A stretch of 57,149 nt of DNA, from positions 1 to 57,149 of IMG/VR virus record IMGVR_UViG_3300044830_000034; one strand, written 5' to 3'. A program made the translations under genes and the position numbers. Source of the stretch: a virus (lineage: Duplodnaviria; Caudoviricetes). Below, piece after piece: positions 28,205 through 38,975 of the stretch; the stretch's first letter is position 1; every line of letters begins with the position of its first letter. The notes under the pieces were generated by a model. That model was not told the origin of the DNA, ran no database searches, and was given only the letters and a program-made list of their open reading frames with translations.

Positions 28205-31200
28205 GTGAGCCCCGTGGCCGACCGTACTGTGCGCGTGCGGGTGCTCGCCGAGATGCCGGGCTACGGCCTCCTCATGCGCGGCGGGGCCGCAGACACTGCG
28301 CTGCTGGGTGAGGCCGCGGTCGCGGCGGGGCGCGGCGTGCGGACCCTCGGGGTGGACGCGACGGCTGCGCGCGCCGGCCTGACCGGGTTGGCGACGGGTG
28401 CCCGTGGCAGCGCCGCGGCGGTGAGTGAGGCGGATGCTGCCGCGCTGGCGGCAGGCCGCGGTCTCCGCGGGGTTCGGGGCGAGACCACGGCAGCTACCGG
28501 TGTGTTCGGCCGCATGGGCGCGAGTGCGCGGTCGGGCCTGGGCTCGGTCCGCTCGGGTGCGGAGTCGGCTCTCACGTCGATGCGGCACCTGGGGACACTG
28601 CTGGCGGGCGGCGCGCTCATCTACGGCCTGCACGACATCGTGCACCTGGGCAACGAGTACACCGACAGCATGAATAAGTTCCTGGAGGTCACACGGGCCT
28701 CCGGTGGACAGATGCAGGCCGCCGGCCGGGAAGCCCAGGCTCTCGGCGCCGACATGAAACTCCCCTCCGCGAACGCCGCCGAAGCGGCCAACGCAATGGT
28801 GGACCTCGCCAAGGCCGGACTTGGCGCAGAGGACGCAATCAAGGCGGCGCGGGGCACGATTCAGCTCGCTGCCGCAGCCCGCACAGATGTCGCAACCGCC
28901 GCCCAGATTGAGGGCGACATTATGGATCAATTCGCCCTGAAGTCCACGGAGGCGGCGCACGTCGCCGACATTCTGGCGAACACGTCCAACAGCGCATCCG
29001 GGCAGCTCATGGACATCTACTACGCAATGAAGTACGTCGGGCCGATCGCCCACACCATGGGCGTGAGCATCAAGGACACCGCGACCGCGGTCGGCCTGCT
29101 GGGCAAGTCCGGCATCATCGGTGAGACCGCGGGTACGGCGCTGCGGTCGGCGATGGTGAATATGGCCAAGCCGACGAAAATGGTCAAGGAGGGCCTGGCC
29201 GCCCTCGGCATCCAGGCATTCGACGCGTCGGGCAACTTCAAGGGTCTGGGCTACGTCATCACCCAGCTGGGCAATGCCCAGAAGACCATGACGGCGCAGC
29301 AGTTCACGATGAATGCGGCCATGGCATTCGGCAAGCCCGCCCTTTCCGGAATGACGGCGCTCGCACACCAGGGCGGCGTGGCCTTCCAGCAGTACGGTCT
29401 CCAGGTCGGCCGGGCCGGCGGCGCAGCGGCGCTCGCTGCGGCGGAATCCAAGGGGCTCGGCGGCGCGATGCGCGGCCTCGGCAAGCAGATCACGAGCACA
29501 TTCCTGCAGGTGTACCTCGGCATCTCGCCCGTTCTGGAGAAGATCACCCGCGGCATGACGTCGTCGGTGTCATCGGCGATCCCGTACATCAAGCGGGGCA
29601 TCCGGACGGCCACCGACCTGTGGGACATCTACGGGCCGGCCGTCGAGAAGAAGCTCGGCTCGACGGCGGACGGCGTCCGCAAGTCGGCGTCCGGCATGCT
29701 GGACCCGCTGAAGGCCAGTCTGGTCTCCGTCGCCGTCACCTCGGTCCCGCTGGCCATCACCTCCGTCGGCGCGCTCGACAAGACGTTCCACAACGCCACC
29801 GACGCCGTGGCCCCGCTGGCGGGCGGGCTTCACGACATGTTCGCGTCCGTATCCGGGGGCGCCGGCGCCGTGGGGGTCCTGGCAGGCCGCCTGCAGGTAG
29901 GCGTGGGAGCGCTCGGTACCGCTACAGGCGTGCTGCGGCCCCTAGCCGAACTGGTGGGCGGCCTCGCTCATGCCTTCGCCGGGCTCCCCGGCCCGATCCA
30001 GCTGTCGGTCATCGCCATGCTGGCGATGCGCCCGTTCCGCCCGCAGATCCAGGCCATGCAGGCATCCGTCGTCGGTTTCGGCCGGGCCGGGGTGCAGTCG
30101 TTCAACGGCCTCCGCGGATCCATGCAGATGCAGACCGTCCTTGCACAGCAGGCGGGAGTGTCGCTGGGGCGGTACGGCGCGGGTCTGGCGGCGATAGAGG
30201 CACGCTCCCCGGTCGTGGCCGCCATGGGCAACTCCTTCCGCACCACGTCGACTTCCATCCAGGAGGCCGGCGGGCGCCTGTCCACGTTCCGGGGCACGGT
30301 CGCCGGAGTGGCCACCGCCCTGGGTACGGGTGCGAAGGCCGGGCTGATGAGTTCGATGAAGGGGCTGTACTCCTTCCTCGGCGGGCCGTGGGGTGTCGCC
30401 ATCGGCGCGGCGATGATCGGCCTGGACCTGTTGGCCAAGCACCAGCAGCAGGCCGCCGCTGCCGCGGCGGCGCACCAGGCCCGGATCTCGTCCCTGGCAG
30501 CGGCGTTGCAGCAGTCCAATGGCGCCATCAACCAGAACGTCCGGGCCGCGACCGTTCAGACGCTCGCCGACGCGACGCTGAAGGACGGCAAGACGAAGCT
30601 GCTCGACGTCATGGGCAAGGCCGGGGTCAACGCGACGCAGCTCACCAACGCTTACCTGGACCAGAACGGCGGCGTGGACAAGCTGCGGCAGAGCTTGCAG
30701 TCGTATTCGGACTCGCTGACGTTCACCGGCAAGGCGGGCGACGGTACGTACCGCTCGACGCTGCAGCAGAAGATCGCGTACAGGGCTGCCGCTGATGCCC
30801 TGGGGTCTTTCACCGGAGAAACCCCTGCCGCGATTGCCCGTTCCAAGGATCTGGCGGCGGCCCTGAAGAGCGGCAGTGGTGCGGCCACGGACGCGACCAA
30901 CCCGACAGGACGCCTTCAGGCGGCCATCGCCACCCTGGGCCAGTCCGAATCCGATTCCGCCACCAAGGCGTCAGCGCTTCATACGGCCCTGCAACTGCTG
31001 TCGGGCGGGGAACTCGACGTCGAGGCGGCTGTCGCACAGCAGAACCAGGCGCTGCTGGACCTGAACAGCACGTGGAAAAACGGCGTAGACCACTCCCAGG
31101 GCTACGCGGGCGCCCTGCTCCAGGTGGACGGCAGCCTCAACACCACGTCGCAGAACGGCCAGACCCTCTGGACGAAACTGCAGGCCCTCAACGAGCAGAC

Positions 31201-33544
31201 GGCGGCAGCGGCTCAGGCGTCCTACGACTACGCGCGGACGACCATGGGCACGGTGCCGGCGCTGCAACAGTCCGAGCAGTACATGCAGAAGGCGTGGGAC
31301 ACCGCGGTCAAGACCGGCGAGCAGTTCGGGTGGAACGCGAAGCAAGCTCAGAACCTGGCCGCCCAGATGGGGTTCATCCCGTCGTCGCTGGCGATCACGA
31401 TGTCCACGCCGGGACTGTCCGACACTGAGAAGCAGCTGCTCTACGTGCAGGGTCTTGCGGGCCATCTGTCCGCAGGCCAGACCGTCAAGGTGTCGGCACT
31501 GACGGCGGACGCGGTCAAGCAGCTCACCGCCGTCGGAATCAAGATCCAGTCCCTGCCGGGCGGGCGGCAGATGGTCATCACTGCCCCCACGGACAAGGCC
31601 GCCGCCGGGCTCGACAAGCTGCTCGCCTACCAGTTCCCCGACATGACCATCAAAGTCAGCGCCGTCACGCAGACGGCGATCAACGATCTGGAGTCGGTGA
31701 AGAAGCGACTGGCCGGCGTGCCCGGCGGTCATTCCATCAAGGTGACCGCCCCGTCCGGCCAGGCGATGCAGGCGCTGAAGGACGTCGGCTACAAGGTCCT
31801 GACGCTCCCGAACGGCAAGGTCAGCATCAGCGTGCCCGTCGGCGGCGTCGCAGCGCGGATCGCCGCGTTGCAGCAGCAGATCAAGGATCTCCAGGGGACC
31901 ACGGTCACCATTACCACCAACCTGGTGACCGTCGGCCGGAACGTCGGCGGCGGACGGCTCGGGCCGGGCGGCGGCCTCGCCGACGGGGGACTGGTCGGCC
32001 GCGCGGCCGACGGCCTGTACCTGCCCGGGTACCAGCCGCGCGTGGACAGTGTCCACGTCATGCTGGGTCTGGGTGAGGGCGTTCTCGTTCCCGAGACGGT
32101 CCGCAAGCTCGGCCTCATGTCCGGGCTCGGGCCGGCCGGAACCATCAAGGCACTCAACGCCTGGGGCCGGTACGGCTCGGCGATGCGGTTCTCCGACGGC
32201 GGCATGGTCGGCGGCGGGGTGCAGCACTTCGCGTCCGGCGGCATCACCTACACCCCCACGGTGTCTCCGGTGCTGGGCAGCCCGACCGATGCGAAGAACC
32301 GGCTCGACACGCTGACGAGTCAGCTCACGGCGGCATGGAAAACCCTCGGCTCGGCGCTGGACGCGGCCCGGTCCAAGACGCAGTCCCTGCACGACGCCGA
32401 AGACAGCCTCAACCGGATCCGCAGCCAGAAGCACACCGTGAACCAACTCCTCGCCGCGGAGAAGGCGCTCCGCAACGCGCGGCAGGCGTCGGCGAAGGCC
32501 GACAATGCTGTCGCGGGCGCGCGCTTCGGCGTCAACAGCCTGGACCGGCAGCTCGGCCTCAGGAACGGCTCGCGGGCGCCGGGCGGGTTCGACCTGACCG
32601 GGTACCAGAAGATCCTCGGACAGTCGCTCGCCTCCACCGAGGCGTGGCGCGTATCCCTGGGAAAGGTGGCCCACCGGGGAGGCGAGGAGGTCCGGAGCAT
32701 CCTGGAGGGCATGGGCCAGGACGGCTACGCCCTCACCCAGGCCCTGGCCAAGGCGTCAGACCGGCAGTTCGCCGACATCGTCGCCAAGCTCAAGGCGACT
32801 GCGGGCATTGCCAGCGCCTCGCTGGCCGACTTCCAGAGCCAGGTCACCACCACCACGAAGGCGAGCGCCCAGTTCGCCGCCGACCTGCAGACGCTCGCCC
32901 GCCAGGGGTACGGAAGCCTCGCCCAGACCCTCGCAGCCCAGAATGACCCCGCAGCCCAGGCGCTCGCCCACCAGGCGGTCAGCAATCCCCGGGCCGCCGC
33001 TGGGGCGAACGCCGCAGCCTGGAACGACAGCAAGGTTCTCGCCGGTCAGGATCTGACCGACGCACTGACGCTGCTGGCCACACTGCGCGGACGGCCGGGC
33101 CGGGGGTTCGCGGACCTGATCGGCGCGGGGCTCACCGTGGCCACCATCAGGGCGCTCGTGCCGAGAATGCTGGCGCAGATCAACGCACTGCCCGCAGCAA
33201 ACCGGGCGACGTTCATGGCTCAGCTCAAGGGTCAGTCCGGGTCGGTTCCGATGGCCGAGGGCGGCATCCTCACGCGGCCCACCGCAGTCCTGGCCGGAGA
33301 GGCGGGCGTCCCTGAGGCGTACATACCGATCAACGCGTCCATCCGGTCGCTCGGGCTGCTCGCCCGCACCGCCGCTGCCATGGGCTACCAGATCGTGCCC
33401 GCCGGACGGTGGGCACGCGGGGCCGGAGGTGGAGGCGGCACAACGCACGTCGACCGGTCGCAGACCGTGCACCTGCACGGAACCCACCAGAGCCTCGGCG
33501 AGCAGCGCGCGGACCTTCTCCGCCACATGGCCGTCCTCGGCTGA
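28205..33544 (+). CDS. tape measure protein (TP901-type core)
   Basis: 1779 aa Ala/Gly-rich helical protein; AGTALR, GGPWG and GEAG-PEAYIP motifs. Confidence 0.95.
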   Translation: MSPVADRTVRVRVLAEMPGYGLLMRGGAADTALLGEAAVAAGRGVRTLGVDATAARAGLTGLATGARGSAAAVSEADAAALAAGRGLRGVRGETTAATGVFGRMGASARSGLGSVRSGAESALTSMRHLGTLLAGGALIYGLHDIVHLGNEYTDSMNKFLEVTRASGGQMQAAGREAQALGADMKLPSANAAEAANAMVDLAKAGLGAEDAIKAARGTIQLAAAARTDVATAAQIEGDIMDQFALKSTEAAHVADILANTSNSASGQLMDIYYAMKYVGPIAHTMGVSIKDTATAVGLLGKSGIIGETAGTALRSAMVNMAKPTKMVKEGLAALGIQAFDASGNFKGLGYVITQLGNAQKTMTAQQFTMNAAMAFGKPALSGMTALAHQGGVAFQQYGLQVGRAGGAAALAAAESKGLGGAMRGLGKQITSTFLQVYLGISPVLEKITRGMTSSVSSAIPYIKRGIRTATDLWDIYGPAVEKKLGSTADGVRKSASGMLDPLKASLVSVAVTSVPLAITSVGALDKTFHNATDAVAPLAGGLHDMFASVSGGAGAVGVLAGRLQVGVGALGTATGVLRPLAELVGGLAHAFAGLPGPIQLSVIAMLAMRPFRPQIQAMQASVVGFGRAGVQSFNGLRGSMQMQTVLAQQAGVSLGRYGAGLAAIEARSPVVAAMGNSFRTTSTSIQEAGGRLSTFRGTVAGVATALGTGAKAGLMSSMKGLYSFLGGPWGVAIGAAMIGLDLLAKHQQQAAAAAAAHQARISSLAAALQQSNGAINQNVRAATVQTLADATLKDGKTKLLDVMGKAGVNATQLTNAYLDQNGGVDKLRQSLQSYSDSLTFTGKAGDGTYRSTLQQKIAYRAAADALGSFTGETPAAIARSKDLAAALKSGSGAATDATNPTGRLQAAIATLGQSESDSATKASALHTALQLLSGGELDVEAAVAQQNQALLDLNSTWKNGVDHSQGYAGALLQVDGSLNTTSQNGQTLWTKLQALNEQTAAAAQASYDYARTTMGTVPALQQSEQYMQKAWDTAVKTGEQFGWNAKQAQNLAAQMGFIPSSLAITMSTPGLSDTEKQLLYVQGLAGHLSAGQTVKVSALTADAVKQLTAVGIKIQSLPGGRQMVITAPTDKAAAGLDKLLAYQFPDMTIKVSAVTQTAINDLESVKKRLAGVPGGHSIKVTAPSGQAMQALKDVGYKVLTLPNGKVSISVPVGGVAARIAALQQQIKDLQGTTVTITTNLVTVGRNVGGGRLGPGGGLADGGLVGRAADGLYLPGYQPRVDSVHVMLGLGEGVLVPETVRKLGLMSGLGPAGTIKALNAWGRYGSAMRFSDGGMVGGGVQHFASGGITYTPTVSPVLGSPTDAKNRLDTLTSQLTAAWKTLGSALDAARSKTQSLHDAEDSLNRIRSQKHTVNQLLAAEKALRNARQASAKADNAVAGARFGVNSLDRQLGLRNGSRAPGGFDLTGYQKILGQSLASTEAWRVSLGKVAHRGGEEVRSILEGMGQDGYALTQALAKASDRQFADIVAKLKATAGIASASLADFQSQVTTTTKASAQFAADLQTLARQGYGSLAQTLAAQNDPAAQALAHQAVSNPRAAAGANAAAWNDSKVLAGQDLTDALTLLATLRGRPGRGFADLIGAGLTVATIRALVPRMLAQINALPAANRATFMAQLKGQSGSVPMAEGGILTRPTAVLAGEAGVPEAYIPINASIRSLGLLARTAAAMGYQIVPAGRWARGAGGGGGTTHVDRSQTVHLHGTHQSLGEQRADLLRHMAVLG

Positions 33545-33561
33545 CGCAGGGAGGTGGCCGG

Positions 33562-34422
33562 GTGGATCCGGGTACATTGCTGGGCGGCCGACGCGTCGAC
33601 CTCGGCAGCATTCAGTTCGGGCTGGCCGACTCCAACGGCGTCGCATGGCGGATCGGCACCGACGGCCTTCAGGGCTGGGACTCCGCTGAGATCCGCTCAA
33701 CGGTGACCCAGCGGCAGTCCGCGCACGGTGCGTGGATGGGGAAGACGTATCTCAGCGAGCGGCCGATCACGCTCGCGGGCACCATTGTCGCGCCCACCGC
33801 CAGCCTCCTGGATGGCGCGGTTGAGCAGCTGCTCGCGGTGGTCCCGCTGGACGACTTCACCACCCTGACGGTGTACGAGTCGACGCCCAAACAGGCAGCG
33901 GTCCGGCGGTCCGGCAAGCCGATCGTCAAGCACGAGACCGACACCGTCGCCACCTGGTCCCTTCTGGTGACGGCCCCGGACCCGCGCCGGTACGGGGTGG
34001 ATCTGCGCACGGCCAGCACCGGCCTGCCCTCCACGACGGGCGGCCTGGTGCTGCCCGCAGCGCCGCCGTGGGCCCTGTCCGCGGTCACCGTGTCCGGGTT
34101 CATCTCCGCGACGAACGAGGGCAGTATCGCGACTTTCCCGGTCATCACCATCGCTGGGCCGGTGCAGCAGCCCACGGTGACGGTCCGGCAGGCCGACGGC
34201 ACGATCACCGCCCTGGCGTATTCGGGCGATCTCGCCAGCGGTGATGTTCTGACGCTGGACTGCGCCAATCACACCGCGAGCGTCGGCGGATCGTCCCGGC
34301 GCCGGTACCTCTCCGGAGACTGGCCCGTGATCCCCCCGGGCGGGGCCGAGATCCTTTTCGGCTCGGCTGTCTACAGCGCAACCGCATCGCTGGCCGCCAC
34401 GTGGCGATCAGCCTGGACATAG
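33562..34422 (+). CDS. distal tail (Dit-like) protein
   Basis: GWDS, RPITLAG, TAPDPRRY, NEGS...P, WRSAW; follows TMP. Confidence 0.8.
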   Translation: MDPGTLLGGRRVDLGSIQFGLADSNGVAWRIGTDGLQGWDSAEIRSTVTQRQSAHGAWMGKTYLSERPITLAGTIVAPTASLLDGAVEQLLAVVPLDDFTTLTVYESTPKQAAVRRSGKPIVKHETDTVATWSLLVTAPDPRRYGVDLRTASTGLPSTTGGLVLPAAPPWALSAVTVSGFISATNEGSIATFPVITIAGPVQQPTVTVRQADGTITALAYSGDLASGDVLTLDCANHTASVGGSSRRRYLSGDWPVIPPGGAEILFGSAVYSATASLAATWRSAWT

Positions 34423-34431
34423 GAGGCCGTC

Positions 34432-35469
34432 ATGGCATTCAGCGACGACCCCACATGGATTGACAGCCTGTCCCTGTCCGGCGCGGAGATGCGCCGGGCT
34501 GAGGCCATGCATTTTGCGGCCAACGGATCGGCGGCCGGCTCCAATGCCGGTGTACGGCCCGGAGACCCGGGCCTGCTGGTCAGCCTCGCCGGCATGGCGG
34601 GGACTGTTGCGGCCGGTGTCGCCGCGGTGCCGTTCGCCGGCCAGGGCGTTTACCGGGCGTTCAACGCCAGCACGGCAAGCTTCACAGTCAGCACTGCCCA
34701 TGCGTCGCTACAGCGCCTCGACCTTGTGTACCTGCGGATCTGGGACAATGCGGTCGACGCGGCCGGGTTGTTCAAGGCTGACATCGTCTACCTCGCGGGT
34801 ACCGCCGGGTCGGGCACGCTGCCCACTCCCTCGGGCACCGTGGTCTTCATCCCGCTGGCGCAGATCACTGTCCCGGCCGGGAGCACCACCCCCAGCACGA
34901 CGGACCTGCGCCCTATCTCGGTCGGTCCGGGCGGGATCGCCCCGGTGGCGTCCGCCGCCCTGGCCACGGCCGGGCTGTACGTCGGGCACGCCCGGTACAA
35001 CCTCGTCCGCGGCATGATCGAGACGTGGACCGGGTCCGCCTGGGTCGCGCAGGGCGACTGGGTCACCTACACCCCGACGTGGACGGCAGCCACGACCAAC
35101 CCGGTCAAGAACTCCGCGACGCTGACCGGGCGCTACTGCCTGGTCGGTAAGCAGTGCACCGTGAAGATCGAGTTGGCCACAGCGTCGGACACCGCGTTCG
35201 GCTCCGGGGCGTACTCGTGGGCGATCCCTTTTACCAGCAGCGGCACCGGCACCGGCACAGCGGTCGGCGCCGGTCACGGCATCAACAGCAGCGGACGCTG
35301 GGACCTTCAGGGGCTGATCACCTCGTCGCAGACCGTCCTCAACGCTTTCGGCCCGTCGGCATCCGGTGACTGCCGCCTGTCTCAGTTGGGCAGCGCGCAG
35401 GGCATGGGCGGCGTGGCGTGGGCGACCGTGCAGACCATGCGCATCGAGATCACCTACGAGATCGCCTGA
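34432..35469 (+). CDS. minor tail/fibre protein
   Basis: RLDLVYLRIWD, PLAQITVPAG, WVTYTPTWT modules. Confidence 0.75.
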   Translation: MAFSDDPTWIDSLSLSGAEMRRAEAMHFAANGSAAGSNAGVRPGDPGLLVSLAGMAGTVAAGVAAVPFAGQGVYRAFNASTASFTVSTAHASLQRLDLVYLRIWDNAVDAAGLFKADIVYLAGTAGSGTLPTPSGTVVFIPLAQITVPAGSTTPSTTDLRPISVGPGGIAPVASAALATAGLYVGHARYNLVRGMIETWTGSAWVAQGDWVTYTPTWTAATTNPVKNSATLTGRYCLVGKQCTVKIELATASDTAFGSGAYSWAIPFTSSGTGTGTAVGAGHGINSSGRWDLQGLITSSQTVLNAFGPSASGDCRLSQLGSAQGMGGVAWATVQTMRIEITYEIA

Positions 35470-35470
35470 C

Positions 35471-36559
35471 GTGGCGCCAGTAGAACTGGACTACTACGCG
35501 TGCGACCTGGCGACCGGCGTCGTCGTCGAGGAACTGCTGTCGCTCACCCCCTCGTCCGGCCTGAGCCGGACTCTCGGATCGTCGGTAACCGCGAACGCCG
35601 ATCTGGCGCTGGCCGGGGCGCCCCCGGACTGGGTGTATGCCACCCAGCCCGGCCGGAGCATGGTCGTGGCAGTCGACCGGCTCACACAGCAGCCCATCTG
35701 GGCAGGGCTCGTCCTGACCCGCCAGCGCGGATCGGACCCGACGGCCCAGCTCGGCCTCGTCACGCCCGAGGCCTATCTCGACCGGCGTTACACCGGCACC
35801 TACGACGCGAGTGGCGGCGCCGACCGGGTCGCCATCATGACCGGCGTCAGCTCGGCGCTGCTCGTGGACGCCCCGCCCTTCATCATCGACGCGCCCGCCA
35901 TCGGCATCACCGGCGTCCACTCCGTCCAGGACGGCGACGACCGCACGGTGCTGTCAGTCCTCCAGGAGTTGCAGCAGATGGACGGCTGGCCCGAATGGAC
36001 CGTCGACGCGCAGTGGGCGGACGCTCAGCACAGCGCCGTGCAGCTCATCCTGCGCATCCGGCAGCAGATCGGCGTGGTCCGGCCCGACCCCGAGGCCGCG
36101 TTCGACCTGCCCGGGTGCATCACCACCTACAGCCAACTGGAGTCCTACGAGGCCGGGAAGGGCGCGACCGATGTGCTGGCCTGGGGTGAAGGCGAGGGTC
36201 CGGGCCGGCTGCACTCCGATGCCTACACCGCCGACGACCTGATCGCAGCCGGCTGGCCCCGCTGGGTCTACCGGTATACCCCGGCGAGCAACACCAGCAG
36301 CCCAATCGCGCTCAACGCCTCCGCCGCGCTGACGATCGCGCAGATGCGGCTCGGATCCAGTGTGTGGACGGTCGGGGCCGCCGCCAACGCGGCCCCCCGG
36401 CTCGGCGCCGACTGGGCACTCGGCGACTCGATCCGTGTCCAGATCGCCAGCAGCGACGGACACCCGGACGGGGCCGAAGTCGTCGCCCGCGCCTACGGCT
36501 GGACCCTCGACCCCGCCGGCAACGTGGTCACTCCGATCCTGGTGGAGGGCGGCGCCTGA
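35471..36559 (+). CDS. minor tail (baseplate hub-like) protein
   Basis: ACDLATG..VEEL, PIWAGLV, PRLGADWALGD. Confidence 0.75.
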   Translation: MAPVELDYYACDLATGVVVEELLSLTPSSGLSRTLGSSVTANADLALAGAPPDWVYATQPGRSMVVAVDRLTQQPIWAGLVLTRQRGSDPTAQLGLVTPEAYLDRRYTGTYDASGGADRVAIMTGVSSALLVDAPPFIIDAPAIGITGVHSVQDGDDRTVLSVLQELQQMDGWPEWTVDAQWADAQHSAVQLILRIRQQIGVVRPDPEAAFDLPGCITTYSQLESYEAGKGATDVLAWGEGEGPGRLHSDAYTADDLIAAGWPRWVYRYTPASNTSSPIALNASAALTIAQMRLGSSVWTVGAAANAAPRLGADWALGDSIRVQIASSDGHPDGAEVVARAYGWTLDPAGNVVTPILVEGGA

Positions 36560-36999
36560 TGCCTCTGCCAGCCGAGCGCATGCCCACCGAACTCCGCTCG
36601 TTCGTCGCCCGGATCAGTCGCCTGGAGCGGGACCTGAAAGAACTGCGCGCCGCCCGCCGGTCCGCAGTCACGAACCCCTGGCAGGCCCTGACCCTGACCA
36701 ATGGGTGGGCGCCGGCAGGCGGCACGTGGGCGGCGCCCCAGGTGCGTCAGCAACCGGACGGCACCGTGCAACTGCTCGGCTCAATCGCCCCGGGCACCCT
36801 GACCGCAGGCACCGCCGTAGCTCAACTCCCGGCCGGCTACTGGCCGCAGGACGACCTGGAGTGGCACGCCGGTGGCGGCTCGTCCACGGCCTCCGCCGAC
36901 CTGTACGTCATCGCCGCAACCGGCGCGGTCACCATCCAGAACGTGAGCGGCACCGTCACCCGCATCTCGCTGAGCGGCCTCATCTTCCCGGCCCTGTAG
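36559..36999 (+). CDS. minor tail protein
   Basis: coiled coil then WQALTLTNGW...LPAGYWP. Confidence 0.7.
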   Translation: MPLPAERMPTELRSFVARISRLERDLKELRAARRSAVTNPWQALTLTNGWAPAGGTWAAPQVRQQPDGTVQLLGSIAPGTLTAGTAVAQLPAGYWPQDDLEWHAGGGSSTASADLYVIAATGAVTIQNVSGTVTRISLSGLIFPAL

Positions 37000-37041
37000 G
37001 CGCCTTCGTGCCCCGAACCCCCTGGAAGGGGTCCCTTCCGC

Positions 37042-38214
37042 ATGCCCAAACTCCGCGCCCTGGCGCTCGCTTCCGCCTGCCTGCTCGCCGCCCTAGCTGC
37101 GCTGGGGGCCGCTCCTGCCGCTGCCGCACGCGCCACCGCCTGCACCACGACGCTGTGGACGTCCGGCGCGGGCGGTTACAACACCTACCGCATTCCCGCG
37201 ATCGTGAACGACGGCGGCACGCTGGTGGCGTTCGCCGAGGGCCGCCGCAACTCGTCCGCCGACAACGGCGACATCGAGGTGGTCGAGCGGCGCTCGACCG
37301 ACGGCGGCTGCACGTGGACGCCGCAGCAGGTCGCCGCGGATGCGTGGACGGATACCATCGGCAACGAGGTGCCGCTCGTTACCGCCGACGGCACGCTGGT
37401 GCTCGTCACCGACTGGCAGCGCGGCACCGTCACCCAGTCGCAGATCCAGGCCGGCACGGTCAGTGCCGCCGACGGCCGCCGCATTTTCGTCCAGACCTCC
37501 GCCGACCAGGGCGCCACGTGGACCGCCCGCCGCGAGATCACCGGCTCGGTGAAGCGCGCCGCCTGGCTCTGGTATGCAACCGGTCCGGGCCACGGGGTGA
37601 CGATTCAGCACGGCGTGGCTCTCGGTCGCCTGGTGGTCAGCGCCGACCACACCGAATTGGGCAGCCTGCGCGGCGCGCACACGCTGATCAGCGATGACGA
37701 CGGGGCGACGTGGCGGATCGGCGCGGTGGACGATCATGCCGACGGGGTCATCACCCCCGACGAGACCACGGCCGCCGAGCGTCTGGACGGGGCCATGTAC
37801 TTCTCCAGCCGCAACCAGAGCGGCAGCGACCCGGCCCACCGGGCCTACACCTTCAGCCTGTCCAGTGGCAGCACGTTCAGCGCACCGTTCCGGCCGGCTC
37901 CGGCGCTCGTCACCCCGATCGTGGAGGGCTCGCTGCTCCAGGACCCCGGGTATCCGGCGGGCGTCACCTGCGCCCCGCTGCTGTACTCCGGCCCGGAAGA
38001 CCCCAGCGTCCGCCAGCACCTGACGCTGCGCCGCTCCGACGACGGCGGGGTGAGCTGGCGCGACATCGCCGAGATCACCGGCCCGACCGTGCCCGCCGCG
38101 TACTCGGACATGGTCAAGGTCGACCGGAGCCAACTCGGTGTGCTCTACGAGACCGGCAGCCGCGGCCCCTACGAGCGGATCGACTGGACCGCGCTCACCC
38201 TCGGCTGCCCGTAA
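37042..38214 (+). CDS. secreted sialidase/neuraminidase (GH33-like, BNR repeats)
   Basis: signal peptide, YRIP, AEGR, Asp-boxes STDGGCTW/SADQGATW/SDDDGATW/SDDGGVSW, AYS, LYE. Confidence 0.85.
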   Translation: MPKLRALALASACLLAALAALGAAPAAAARATACTTTLWTSGAGGYNTYRIPAIVNDGGTLVAFAEGRRNSSADNGDIEVVERRSTDGGCTWTPQQVAADAWTDTIGNEVPLVTADGTLVLVTDWQRGTVTQSQIQAGTVSAADGRRIFVQTSADQGATWTARREITGSVKRAAWLWYATGPGHGVTIQHGVALGRLVVSADHTELGSLRGAHTLISDDDGATWRIGAVDDHADGVITPDETTAAERLDGAMYFSSRNQSGSDPAHRAYTFSLSSGSTFSAPFRPAPALVTPIVEGSLLQDPGYPAGVTCAPLLYSGPEDPSVRQHLTLRRSDDGGVSWRDIAEITGPTVPAAYSDMVKVDRSQLGVLYETGSRGPYERIDWTALTLGCP

Positions 38215-38276
38215 CCCGCCCCCCACCCTTCGCCCCGACCTCCCGGCCGGGGCTTCGTCATGCCCGGGAGGGCCGC

Positions 38277-38975
38277 ATGCCCAACTTCCGCCGCTACACC
38301 GAGTCGCCTGATGCTCCGTACCGGCTCGGCCGCCACCAGGTCCACGACGCGCTGGTGCCCGAGTTGGAGGCCGTGGTCGATCTTCTGGAGCCGATCCACG
38401 ACGTCGACCACGCCGAGCACCAGCCCGCGTGGGACCAGGGGCGCATCGGCGACTGCACCATGAACGCCGCCTACGGCACGATCGTCTGCGACCCCTTCGG
38501 CCGGCCGGGCGTGACGTACACCGAGGACGACATCGTTCACGGCTACACGCTGGAGACCCAGCTCGACGACACGCAGATACCGGGCCAGTACCCGCCGGAC
38601 GACACCGGCTCGACCGGCGCGTGGTCGATGCGCGTCCTGGAGAATCTCGGCCTCATCAAGACGTGGCGGCACTGCCGGACCCTGCACGCCGCGCTCCGCC
38701 TGCTCAACCGGGGCCCCATCAGCGCCGGCATCCCGTGGTACCCGAGCATGTTCACCCCGGACGCCGACCACGTGATCCATGTCGACGACTCCGTGGAGCC
38801 GTCCGGCGGGCACCAGGTCTGCATCGTCGCCAACGACACCAAGCGGCGCCGCGTGCGTATCCGCAACAGCTGGGGGCCTGGCTGGGGCGACCAGGGGCAT
38901 GCGTGGCTCTCCTGGAGCGACCTCGACAAGCTGCTCAAGGCGGGCGGCGACGTGGTCCAGCCGGTGATGGCGTGA
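38277..38975 (+). CDS. papain-like C1 cysteine peptidase (putative endolysin component)
   Basis: DQGRIGDC, GGHQV, RNSWG..WG..G catalytic motifs. Confidence 0.8.
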   Translation: MPNFRRYTESPDAPYRLGRHQVHDALVPELEAVVDLLEPIHDVDHAEHQPAWDQGRIGDCTMNAAYGTIVCDPFGRPGVTYTEDDIVHGYTLETQLDDTQIPGQYPPDDTGSTGAWSMRVLENLGLIKTWRHCRTLHAALRLLNRGPISAGIPWYPSMFTPDADHVIHVDDSVEPSGGHQVCIVANDTKRRRVRIRNSWGPGWGDQGHAWLSWSDLDKLLKAGGDVVQPVMA

